A DNA stretch of 32,000 nt from Candidatus Pacearchaeota archaeon (GCA_018303855.1 JAGVXI010000010.1:19426-51425), one strand, 5' to 3'. Counted from the first letter of the stretch, positions 7,589-15,674 are shown. The notes: generated by a model from the sequence alone, not told the origin. Numbers and translations are program-made.

Positions 7589-8035
7589 ATGAAAGCTCCA
7601 GATTTTTCACTACCTAATCAAGATGGGAAAGAGATTAAGTTACAAGATTTTAAAGAAAAATGGGTTATATTATACTTTTATCCTAAAGATGATACGCCGG
7701 GTTGCACATTAGAAGCAAGGGCTTTTACAGAGTATTTAAAAGAATTTGAAAAACTGAACGCAAAAATTATAGGGATAAGTGCAGATAATGAAAAAAGCCA
7801 CTGCAAATTTATTAAAAAACACAATCTTAAAATAAATCTTTTAAGTGATATAAAAAAGGAGATTATAAAGAAGTATGGTGCATGGGGCAAAAAAAACCTT
7901 TATGGAAAAAAATTTGAAGGCATAATAAGAAGCACTTTTTTAATAAACCCCAATAGAGAATTAGTTTATTCTTGGAAAAAGGTGAAAGCAGAGGGCCATA
8001 TTGAAGAGGTACTAAATAGATTAAAAAAACAATAA
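7589..8035 (+). CDS. bcp: Peroxiredoxin, Bcp/PrxQ type
   Basis: APDFSLPNQDGKEIKL...WVILYFYPKDDTPGCTLEA contains the peroxidatic Cys motif of Bcp. Confidence 0.9.
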   Translation: MKAPDFSLPNQDGKEIKLQDFKEKWVILYFYPKDDTPGCTLEARAFTEYLKEFEKLNAKIIGISADNEKSHCKFIKKHNLKINLLSDIKKEIIKKYGAWGKKNLYGKKFEGIIRSTFLINPNRELVYSWKKVKAEGHIEEVLNRLKKQ

Positions 8036-8066
8036 AAGAGCTGATAAATCTTTAAAGATTACAAAT

Positions 8067-8783
8067 TTAACCTAATTTTCTCTGCAATTCTCTTTTATAA
8101 AAATCAACTAATTCCAAAGCTTTGATTATTTTTATAGCAGAAGCATAATATACACCATTATTACCATTGCTTATAAATCCCATTAATCCCCCTTCAGGAC
8201 TAATCACAACCCCACCAGAATCTCCAGGAATACATTCATTAGTGAATATATCAAAATGTTCTTGAAAAAGCGATGAAAAATCTCGTGGGAGAAGCCCAAT
8301 AGTAGAACCGTAATATTCTCTTAATTTTTCCTCTTTTCTTGTGATTATTTTAACGGGAATTTTGCTTAAATTATTTGTATTATAAAACCGGTATTTCATT
8401 GCTTTGCACTCTCCAGGAATTTTTGCTTTTGCCAACGCAATATCATAATTTTTGCCTACAGCACAAAGTTTTGTTAAAGGATATTCTGTACCATTAGGCA
8501 TTGTAATGTACGCGTTACATAACTCATGTTTTAATCCGTGCAAAGCTGTTAAAAAATAACCATTTTCGGTTATCAATAAGCCATTTGAAGAATAAGAATC
8601 TTTTCCATCACAAACCCTCAATTCAACAACCCCATTTTCTAAACTTTTTATTGATTCAATTGATGGGATATCTTCTCCAAAATAAATGTGGTTAACAAAA
8701 TCATCAAAAGTTGCTATTAAGTTTTTTAACCTTCTTCTTTCTGGCAAGTTTATCTTCAACATTAGTCTAGATGCAAAACTCAT
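8067..8783 (-). CDS. Trypsin-like (S1 family) serine protease
   Basis: Catalytic triad contexts TALHGL (His), YDIALAKA (Asp) and GDSGGVV (Ser). The track start 8834 is a GTG. ATG 8783 (MSFASRL...) has a TATA-like TATTTAAT at -22..-29. Confidence 0.8.
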   Translation of the reverse strand: MSFASRLMLKINLPERRRLKNLIATFDDFVNHIYFGEDIPSIESIKSLENGVVELRVCDGKDSYSSNGLLITENGYFLTALHGLKHELCNAYITMPNGTEYPLTKLCAVGKNYDIALAKAKIPGECKAMKYRFYNTNNLSKIPVKIITRKEEKLREYYGSTIGLLPRDFSSLFQEHFDIFTNECIPGDSGGVVISPEGGLMGFISNGNNGVYYASAIKIIKALELVDFYKRELQRKLG

Positions 8784-8821
8784 AAAAACCCCTTGATTTG
8801 CTATATTAAATAGATTTTGTT

Positions 8822-8837
8822 TTTGTGATATCACAAA
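8822..8837. promoter_or_regulatory. 16-bp perfect palindrome TTTGTGATATCACAAA between divergent promoters
   Basis: Read directly. It lies immediately upstream of the secG TATA (8840-8847) and about 10 bp upstream of the protease TATA (8805-8812). Confidence 0.5.
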
Positions 8838-8867
8838 CTTTTTATACCCATCGCACTTAACAAAAAC

Positions 8868-9029
8868 ATGGCAGAGAAAGAAAAAAGCATGAACATGCCT
8901 GGCTCATATGGTGGATTAATGCGGTATAATGAAGAATATCCAAGCAAACTAAATCTAAAACCAACACATGTAATTTTATTTGTAATTGCAGTCATAGCAG
9001 TTCGGGTGCTATTAGGGGTTTTTTTATAA
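8868..9029 (+). CDS. secG: Preprotein translocase Sec61-beta / archaeal SecG subunit (53 aa, below the track cutoff)
   Basis: My translation: MAEKEKSMNMPGSYGGLMRYNEEYPSKLNLKPTHVILFVIAVIAVRVLLGVFL. It has the G-L-x-RY motif followed by a single C-terminal TM, typical of Sec61-beta. TATA TTTTATAC lies at -28..-21. Confidence 0.75.
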   Translation: MAEKEKSMNMPGSYGGLMRYNEEYPSKLNLKPTHVILFVIAVIAVRVLLGVFL

Positions 9030-9184
9030 TAATAAAACAGATTGTTAACTCCATAATCAATTTAATAAGTATACATCACAACACTATTGCCATAATAAAA
9101 AATTACCACTATCACTACCGCAGTAAATTATATAATCGGTCATTAACAAATTTATAAATTAAATAAAACATAAAAAAACAAAAA

Positions 9185-9520
9185 ATGTTAGGACTTGGCG
9201 GGTTAAACCCAAAAAAAATGGAAGCAATAATGAAACAAATGGGGATTTCTCAGCAAGAAATACAGGCAGATAAAGTTATAATAGAAAAAACAGATGGCTC
9301 AAAAATTATAATAGAACCAGCCCAAGTTACAAAAATCCAAATGCAAGGCGCTGATTCTTTTCAAATTGCTGGAGATATAAAAGAAGAAGCAGGTGAAAAA
9401 TTTAGTGAAGAAGATATTAAGTTAATCATGGAAAAGACAGGTGCAAATAAGGAAAAGGCCAAAAAAACCCTGGAAAAAACACAAGATATTGCAGAAGCGA
9501 TTGTTGAATTAAGTGATTAA
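9185..9520 (+). CDS. nac: Nascent polypeptide-associated complex protein (NAC domain plus C-terminal UBA-like)
   Basis: 111 aa. The sequence NPKKMEAIMKQMGISQQEI...VIIEKTDGSKIIIEPAQVTKIQMQG...EEDIKLIMEKTGANKEKAKKTLEKT matches archaeal NAC architecture. Confidence 0.9.
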   Translation: MLGLGGLNPKKMEAIMKQMGISQQEIQADKVIIEKTDGSKIIIEPAQVTKIQMQGADSFQIAGDIKEEAGEKFSEEDIKLIMEKTGANKEKAKKTLEKTQDIAEAIVELSD

Positions 9521-9530
9521 AAATAATGAT

Positions 9531-9779
9531 TTATTGACTATTTCTATTCCTAATCTTGCCATAAATCCAGCCGATAATTGCACCAAGTATAAAATAAAGT
9601 ATTAAAAATCCCAAAAACGTAAACATCTCCCAAGGATTTTCTCCTCCGAAAAAGATAAGTAAAAATAAAATAGCCAATCCTTCACCTTTTATAAAAGCAA
9701 TTAAAAATAATCCGATAATTAACAATATTTCAAAAATCACTCCTCCCTTCAACCAATAAGGCCAATCTTTCCAACCCAT
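9531..9779 (-). CDS. Small integral membrane protein (about 3 TM)
   Basis: 82-aa hydrophobic ORF. TATA-like TTTAAAAG lies at -22..-29. Confidence 0.6.
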   Translation of the reverse strand: MGWKDWPYWLKGGVIFEILLIIGLFLIAFIKGEGLAILFLLIFFGGENPWEMFTFLGFLILYFILGAIIGWIYGKIRNRNSQ

Positions 9780-9862
9780 ATGTACATTAACAACCTCTTC
9801 CTTTTAAAATCTCTCTTCTCAATCACCAACAACCTTATTAATTTCACTAACCTCTATTTCTC

Positions 9863-10333
9863 ATGGAGAAATTTATAGAATATCTTGATACTGCAGAAGA
9901 GAAACTGCGAATAGTAGACCACATGGCATATGTAACTTTTCCTTTAATTAAAGACAAAAGGCTCTTGCTAAAAATACTATCGGAAATTGACCTTGTTATC
10001 CTTAATTGCATAAATGCTATTTTACAGTATGAATACCTTTACAAAAGGATTCCATTAACAAAAGATGCCCGCACTAATCTAAAAATCTTTGAAGAAAAAT
10101 GCGCGCCGAGATACGAAATAACTGAGCATGAAATTGCAATAATTAATAGTATACTAGAACTTGCCGAAAGACATAAAAGATCCCCATTTGAATTTGTAAA
10201 AAACGGAAAAGTTGTCATTTTATCAGAAAACCTTAGATCAGAAACAATAACAATTGATAGAATAAAAGATTTTTTAATTGCATGCAAGGTAATCTTGAAA
10301 AAAACACGGGAAAGGATAATTGAAAAAAGTTAA
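9863..10333 (+). CDS. Hypothetical alpha-helical protein, paralog A (156 aa)
   Basis: Collinear motifs shared with the next ORF: DHxxYV, KRI, EFxKN and IxI(D/N)..K(D/E)(F/Y). TATA-like CTTATTAA lies at -29..-22. Confidence 0.7.
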   Translation: MEKFIEYLDTAEEKLRIVDHMAYVTFPLIKDKRLLLKILSEIDLVILNCINAILQYEYLYKRIPLTKDARTNLKIFEEKCAPRYEITEHEIAIINSILELAERHKRSPFEFVKNGKVVILSENLRSETITIDRIKDFLIACKVILKKTRERIIEKS

Positions 10334-10407
10334 AGATAATAAAAAATTAAGAAAAGTATAAAAAGCCTTTTTGCTTTTTAAATTGTAGTTCTGGGGTACA
10401 TAATTAA

Positions 10408-10878
10408 ATGCAGGATATGGAAGAGATAATACAGGAGAAAATTAGTGCAGATCATCTACTTTATGTTAGTTTAAAGTATACTAAGACATGTGATGTCGTT
10501 CTTAACTTAATTTTAAGATGGAGAAGAATGATTGAAGTAAGCATTGATAAGATATTAAAACATGCGGAAAAGAAAAAAAGGATTTCGTCTGTTCCAGGCA
10601 ATCCTGTTGGAAAAATTGAGAAGATGAGAGAGCTTTGTAAAAAAGAAAAGTTATGCAAAGGTAATAAGGATGTTTTTGAAGTTATAGATATGTATGAGAT
10701 GTTTAGGAAAATTGAAGGATTAAAAAAAGAAAGAATTGGGGAATTTAGGAAAAATGTAACCCTGAAAGTTTTTTATCGGGGAAAAGAAATAAACATCAAC
10801 CTTGATAAATTAAAAGAGTATGCAAATAATTTAGAAAGGTTTATAAATTTCACAAAGCAATTTCTTGCATCTAAATAA
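10408..10878 (+). CDS. Hypothetical alpha-helical protein, paralog B (156 aa)
   Basis: Same length as 9863-10333 and shares its collinear motifs. TATA TTTTAAAT lies at 10376-10383 (-32..-25). Confidence 0.7.
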   Translation: MQDMEEIIQEKISADHLLYVSLKYTKTCDVVLNLILRWRRMIEVSIDKILKHAEKKKRISSVPGNPVGKIEKMRELCKKEKLCKGNKDVFEVIDMYEMFRKIEGLKKERIGEFRKNVTLKVFYRGKEININLDKLKEYANNLERFINFTKQFLASK

Positions 10879-10916
10879 GAAAGAAGATTAAAAGCTTCTG
10901 CCTTAAACTAAATCAA

Positions 10917-11693
10917 ATGGCAAGATTAATTGTTATAACATCTGGAAAGGGAGGAGTTGGCAAAACAACTACTGCAATAAACCTTGGAGCAGCAATGAAT
11001 TTATTTGATGAAGATGTTCTTGTTATTGATGCTAACCTTACCACTCCAAATGTTGGATTGCACCTTGGCTCGCCTGAAGTACCAATAAACCTCAATCATA
11101 TTTTAACAGATAAAGCAGAGCCATTTGAAGCAGTTTATGAACATGAATCTGGGCTTAAGATAATTCCTGCCTCACTTTCTATTAAAGAGCTAAGAAAAAT
11201 TAACCCTGAAAAAATAAAAGAATTTAAAAAAGACTTTAAAAGATTATCAGACATAGTGATATTAGACAGTTCTGCAGGATTAGGTAGTGAGGCTATTTCT
11301 GCAATTTCTTTAAGTGATGAGATAATTATTGTAACAAATCCAGAATTGCCGGCTATTGCTGATGCATTAAAAACAATAAAACTTGCAGAGCAAATGCGCA
11401 AACAGGTTTTAGGAGTTATCATTACAAGAGTAAAAAAAGATGATATTGAACTCAATTCAGACACTGTCAAGGAAATGCTTGAAATCCCAATTCTTGGCAT
11501 GATTCCAGAAGATGATAGCGTAAGAAGATCAATTAAACAAAAAAATCCTGTTGTCCATACCCACCCAAAATCAAAGGCTTCAAGAGCATATAAGGAAATT
11601 GCAGCAAAACTGCTTGGAAAACATTATGATTCAGATAAAGACAAGGAAACATTGTATGAAAAAGTTCTCAAGATGATTGGGTTGGGCAAGTAA
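10917..11693 (+). CDS. minD: MinD/ParA-family P-loop ATPase (archaeal MinD-like)
   Basis: Deviant Walker A SGKGGVGKTTTAINLG, Walker B VILDSSAG, length 258 aa. TATA ATTAAAAG lies at 10887-10894 (-30..-23). Confidence 0.9.
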   Translation: MARLIVITSGKGGVGKTTTAINLGAAMNLFDEDVLVIDANLTTPNVGLHLGSPEVPINLNHILTDKAEPFEAVYEHESGLKIIPASLSIKELRKINPEKIKEFKKDFKRLSDIVILDSSAGLGSEAISAISLSDEIIIVTNPELPAIADALKTIKLAEQMRKQVLGVIITRVKKDDIELNSDTVKEMLEIPILGMIPEDDSVRRSIKQKNPVVHTHPKSKASRAYKEIAAKLLGKHYDSDKDKETLYEKVLKMIGLGK

Positions 11694-11741
11694 GCCAAAT
11701 CAATTATTTAGCTTGAGTATAATAATCTTTAAATTAGGCTT

Positions 11742-12008
11742 ATGTTTGATCATTATATGAGTTTATTTGAGGATATTGAGAAAATCAATGCAGTCTCTAA
11801 AAGACTAAGCCCAAAAAGTTTAGAGAATACACTAAGAGAGATAATTGATTCTTATGCATTTCATAATGTAAAGCATAAACATTTAAAATGCCCTCTTTTA
11901 AATAAAGTTGTGGCTGGAAAAACAACATTTTCAAAAGAATGCGCAAGATATAAAGATCCAGACGACTTTGTTGAAAAAATGGGGATAGAATTTTCTAATG
12001 TTTTTTAG
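11742..12008 (+). CDS. Hypothetical protein (88 aa)
   Basis: ORF with a TATA-like AGTATAAT about 20-26 nt upstream. No motif recognised. Confidence 0.5.
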   Translation: MFDHYMSLFEDIEKINAVSKRLSPKSLENTLREIIDSYAFHNVKHKHLKCPLLNKVVAGKTTFSKECARYKDPDDFVEKMGIEFSNVF

Positions 12009-12111
12009 GTGGTTCAGTTGTTTACTGCGATACAATACCTTCTAGTTGTGCATTTTTAGATGGGGTAATAAAAAAAATATATTTTAAATAACCCCCAATG
12101 AATAATGAGGT

Positions 12112-12354
12112 CTAAAATCTTTCTTCTCTAATATACCCAACAAAATCATCTTTATGTTCAACCACATATTCACAAGCATTAAAACACCATTGAAAAGAAC
12201 TATTGGCTGTTCTAAACACAAGCCCTTTAGCATATTTAATAAAAGATTTCCCATCAACTGACTTTTCAGGAATTAATGCACTTCCTCCGATTATAAATGC
12301 AGAAACCCCTGTTAACCCAAGAGCCGTTAAAGTTAACCAATGCTCTAATCCCAT
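12112..12354 (-). CDS. Hypothetical protein with an N-terminal TM segment (80 aa)
   Basis: Hydrophobic N-terminus LTLTALGLTGVSAFIIGGSALI. TATA ATTATATA lies at -22..-29. The palindrome GTGATATATCAC lies at -37..-48. Confidence 0.55.
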   Translation of the reverse strand: MGLEHWLTLTALGLTGVSAFIIGGSALIPEKSVDGKSFIKYAKGLVFRTANSSFQWCFNACEYVVEHKDDFVGYIREERF

Positions 12355-12390
12355 TTTTTAATAAGGTATGCTTAATATATAATTCTTGTT

Positions 12391-12402
12391 GTGATATATC
12401 AC
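12391..12402. promoter_or_regulatory. 12-bp perfect palindrome GTGATATATCAC upstream of a promoter
   Basis: Read directly. It shares the GTGATAT/ATATCAC core with the 8822-8837 palindrome and occupies a similar position relative to a TATA box. Confidence 0.45.
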
Positions 12403-12560
12403 TTAATTAAGTAAGTTAATAGTATTAACTGGTAAAGTTAAAGCTGTTTAATCCAGTTAGTCGCATTGAGTATATATGTCGTTATTAGCTAAATAACATT
12501 TTCAGTTACAACCAACCATAATTTTACCTAACAAATATTAACCATTAAAATTCAGAAACA

Positions 12561-14027
12561 TCAAACCTTCTTAAATAAAATCTCGCCTTTTTTAATTTTA
12601 CTAATTTTCAAGGGCTTTTTTATCTCATTAAAACTTCCAGCTCCAATTTTAAATGAAAATTGCAAAGCAATTTTCTCGCTTGTTTCCGACATAAAAGCCC
12701 AAAGTAAAATTGCAATTGCTTTTATGCTATCTGACAATTCATATAAAACTTTTTTGTCTTTTGTTTCCCAGGGCTTTTTATTTTGTGTATACTCATTGCA
12801 AACATCAATAAATTCAAATATTAAATTCAAAGCTTTGTCAAATTCATAATTTTTAAGATGTTTTTCAATTTCTTTTAATTTAAGCTTTTTTAACAGTTTA
12901 TTCTGAGTTTTTTGCAAACCATATTTTTCAGCTAAAGCACTTACTCTTGAAACCAAATTTCCGAGCTTGTTTGCAAGTTCATTATTGTGCCTATCTTTAA
13001 GAGCGCTTTCTGAAAAATCGCCGTCTTCTCCGAAAACAAAATTCCTGCATAAAAAATATCTAATGCTGTCAGAAGCAAATCTTTTTACTAATTTTAAAGG
13101 CTCAACTACATTCCCTAAAGATTTGGATATTTTTTGCCCTTCGACTGTTAAAAAACCATGCACAATTATTTTTTTAGGGAGTGCCAAACCAGCACTTAAT
13201 AGCATTCCAGGCCAAATACCTGCATGAAATCTTAGCATGTCTTTGCCAACAACATGCACGTCGGCTGGCCAGTATTTATTGTATTTAATATTTGGATAAC
13301 CTATGCCTGTAAGATAATTTGTTAAAGCATCGCACCAAACATACATAACCTGATTTTTATCTCCAGGAACAGGAATGCCCCAAGGCAGAGATTTAACTTC
13401 TCTTGAAAAACTAACATCTGTCAAACCATCTTTAATTAAACCTAAAAAATCATTTTTCCATTGCACAGGAAAAATTATCAACTTGTCTTTTTTAACAAGC
13501 TCTTTAATTTTATCAGAATATTTAGAAAGCCTGAAAAAATAATTTTCCTCTGAAATTTCCTCAATTTCAATGCTTGGATGATTTATGCATTTTCCGTTAA
13601 CAAGCTCTTTTTCTGTCATATATTTTTCACATCCAGAACAATACTTTCCAGCATATTTTTTTTTGTAGATATCGCCTTTTTTTTCAAGAATTTTCCATAG
13701 ATGTACAACTCCTGGCCAATGAACTTTCTTATCACTCGTTATAATAAAAGAATTATTAGAGATATGCAATTCTTTTGTTAAAACCTTAAAAGAAGCAGAA
13801 TTTTCATCCACAAATTTTTGCGGTTCAATACCAAGGTTTTTAGCTGTCCTGTAGTTTTTACTGCCATGCTCATCTGTGCCAGTTAAAAAGAAAACATCCT
13901 TTCCTCTTAGCTTATTCCATCTAGCTAGAACATCTGCCTGCACAAACTCCAGTGCATGCCCAATATGCGGTGCAGCATTTGCATAGGGGATTGTTGTTGT
14001 GATATAAAATTTACTTTTAATTGTCAT
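12561..14027 (-). CDS. metG: Methionyl-tRNA synthetase (minimal form, no C-terminal appended domain)
   Basis: Contains TTTIPYANAAPHIGHALEF (HIGH), KISKSLGN (KMSKS) and the knuckle CSGCEKY...GKCINH. Length 488 aa. Confidence 0.93.
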   Translation of the reverse strand: MTIKSKFYITTTIPYANAAPHIGHALEFVQADVLARWNKLRGKDVFFLTGTDEHGSKNYRTAKNLGIEPQKFVDENSASFKVLTKELHISNNSFIITSDKKVHWPGVVHLWKILEKKGDIYKKKYAGKYCSGCEKYMTEKELVNGKCINHPSIEIEEISEENYFFRLSKYSDKIKELVKKDKLIIFPVQWKNDFLGLIKDGLTDVSFSREVKSLPWGIPVPGDKNQVMYVWCDALTNYLTGIGYPNIKYNKYWPADVHVVGKDMLRFHAGIWPGMLLSAGLALPKKIIVHGFLTVEGQKISKSLGNVVEPLKLVKRFASDSIRYFLCRNFVFGEDGDFSESALKDRHNNELANKLGNLVSRVSALAEKYGLQKTQNKLLKKLKLKEIEKHLKNYEFDKALNLIFEFIDVCNEYTQNKKPWETKDKKVLYELSDSIKAIAILLWAFMSETSEKIALQFSFKIGAGSFNEIKKPLKISKIKKGEILFKKV

Positions 14028-14165
14028 AATTTAGACTAGAAAAATGCAATATAAAAAACTATCTTTCATAAATATACATGATACATCATCTTACCCATAG
14101 CAACCATGTATCTTGCATGCCATAAATTTAAAATAGCAAAAGTATATAAAAATTATTATAATCAA

Positions 14166-14236
14166 GCGCTAGTAGTTTAGTGGCAGAATACGAGCTTCCC
14201 AAGCTCGGGGTGCGGGTTCAATTCCCGCCTGGCGCA
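14166..14236 (+). tRNA. tRNA-Gly (anticodon CCC), no intron, CCA not encoded
   Basis: Manual cloverleaf. Acceptor GCGCTAG/CTGGCGC (one G-U pair), anticodon stem CGAGC/GCTCG, loop TTCCCAA, T arm GCGGG-TTCAATT-CCCGC, discriminator A. 71 nt. Confidence 0.9.
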
Positions 14237-14276
14237 TATTCAAAAACTATTTAAATCGCCCCATTTTAAGAAAAGT

Positions 14277-15008
14277 ATGTTCTGGAAAAAAAGATGTAAA
14301 AGATGCAATGAAAAAATAAGTGAAAAATATGGCTTTTGCCCTAATTGCGGAATTCCCATCATTAAAGATTACAATGAAAATGAAGAGTATGAAGACGATA
14401 AAGACTGGGGATTGCTTGGAAAAAATGATGAAACTGGATTTAAAGATGCAGAAATAAGACTTCCTTTTGGGTTTAATACCTTGTTCAATAGCTTGGTGAA
14501 AAGTCTTGACAATCAAATGAAAGAATTTGATAAAGAACTTGGGAAAACTAAATTTAATAATATAAAGCCAGCTGCTAATTTTATTAAATCAGGAGGCATA
14601 AGAATTAATATTTCATCAGGAGGAAACCGGTCGCCAAAAATAATTGTACGTTCTTTTGGAAATATGCCAGGGTTTAGAGAGCAAGAACAACAAATAAAAA
14701 AACAAGCTCCCAGATTATCAAAACCAAAGGAATTTTCAGCAAAAAACATAAAAAAACTTTCAACACTGCCAAGAAAAGAGCCATCTACTAACATTAGGAG
14801 ACTTTCAAACAGGGTAATTTATGAAATTGATTTGCCTGACGTAAAATCAGAGAAAGATGTTTCAATCATTCAATTAGAAAACAGCATTGAGATAAAAGCA
14901 ATTGGAAAAGACAGCGCTTATTTTAAATTGATTCCAATTAACCTGCCAATAAAAGGACATAAACTTACAGAAGGGAAATTAGTTCTTGAATTAGAGGCAA
15001 GAGATTAG
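14277..15008 (+). CDS. Zinc-ribbon protein with a C-terminal Hsp20/alpha-crystallin-like domain
   Basis: N-terminus C7xxC10...C21xxC24 (CKRCNEKISEKYGFCPNCG). The C-terminus VIYEIDLPDVKSEKDVSIIQLENSIEIKAIGKDSAYFKLIPINLPIKGHKLTEGKLVLELEA resembles an ACD beta-sandwich. TATA ATTTAAAT lies at -28..-21. Confidence 0.72.
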   Translation: MFWKKRCKRCNEKISEKYGFCPNCGIPIIKDYNENEEYEDDKDWGLLGKNDETGFKDAEIRLPFGFNTLFNSLVKSLDNQMKEFDKELGKTKFNNIKPAANFIKSGGIRINISSGGNRSPKIIVRSFGNMPGFREQEQQIKKQAPRLSKPKEFSAKNIKKLSTLPRKEPSTNIRRLSNRVIYEIDLPDVKSEKDVSIIQLENSIEIKAIGKDSAYFKLIPINLPIKGHKLTEGKLVLELEARD

Positions 15009-15188
15009 ATTATTTTAATCTTAATTACTATTCGGACCAAAACCAAGCTTATTTATTGATTTCTAACATGGTTAATAGTATTTAAATCGTGTATAACTAG
15101 ATGTAATAGTGGGTTAGCAACTGATTGTGGCTATTAACAAATAAAAAGAGAAATCTATCGGTAAAATTAACAATAAACAGAACGCTTA

Positions 15189-15512
15189 TTAATCCAAATC
15201 ACAAATATTCAATTTTTCTTTAGTTACTTCAATCACAAACGCATCAATCAGCGGTTGTTCTTTTTCTATCAAGCAGGTAAATAATAATTTGTTTATTTCT
15301 ACATCATACCTAACAACATTAGAGTGAGTATACCCTTTTGTCTTGCATTCTTTGTTGACTATCTGCGCTAAGCAAGTATCAGGAATATTAGAAGGAATTT
15401 GATTCATCTTAAATAAAAATATTATTGATACAATAATCATAATTAATATTATCACTCCAGCTATTACTTTTTTATCAACTCTTTTAACTGCCTTATTATT
15501 TTTTTTAGCCAT
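15189..15512 (-). CDS. Small N-terminally anchored protein with a 4-Cys ectodomain
   Basis: 107 aa. Basic N-terminus, then TM (VIAGVIILIMIIVSIIFLF), then a soluble part with 4 Cys. Confidence 0.6.
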   Translation of the reverse strand: MAKKNNKAVKRVDKKVIAGVIILIMIIVSIIFLFKMNQIPSNIPDTCLAQIVNKECKTKGYTHSNVVRYDVEINKLLFTCLIEKEQPLIDAFVIEVTKEKLNICDLD

Positions 15513-15539
15513 TTTTTATTTCAGTTACTTATACTAAAA

Positions 15540-15651
15540 TGAGCCTGCTCGGATTTGAACCGAGGACCCCTGCCTCACCAATGCCTGTCTCCTAATTAAA
15601 GGAAACAAGCCATTATCAGAGCAGTGCTCTACCATGCTGAGCTACAGGCTC
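15540..15651 (-). tRNA. tRNA-Ile (anticodon GAU) with a 38-nt intron at 37/38
   Basis: Manual cloverleaf on the minus strand. Acceptor GAGCCTG/CAGGCTC, D arm GCTC-AGCATGGTA-GAGC, anticodon stem CTGCT/GGCAG (one G-U), loop CTGATA|intron|A, T arm CTCGG-TTCAAAT-CCGAG, discriminator A. Confidence 0.9.
15576..15613 (-). other. tRNA-Ile intron (bulge-helix-bulge substrate)
   Basis: Intron ATGGCTTGTTTCCTTTAATTAGGAGACAGGCATTGGTG. It forms a canonical hBHBh' by manual folding (details in findings). Confidence 0.8.
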
Positions 15652-15674
15652 ATGAGCCTGTAAACAATATTTAA

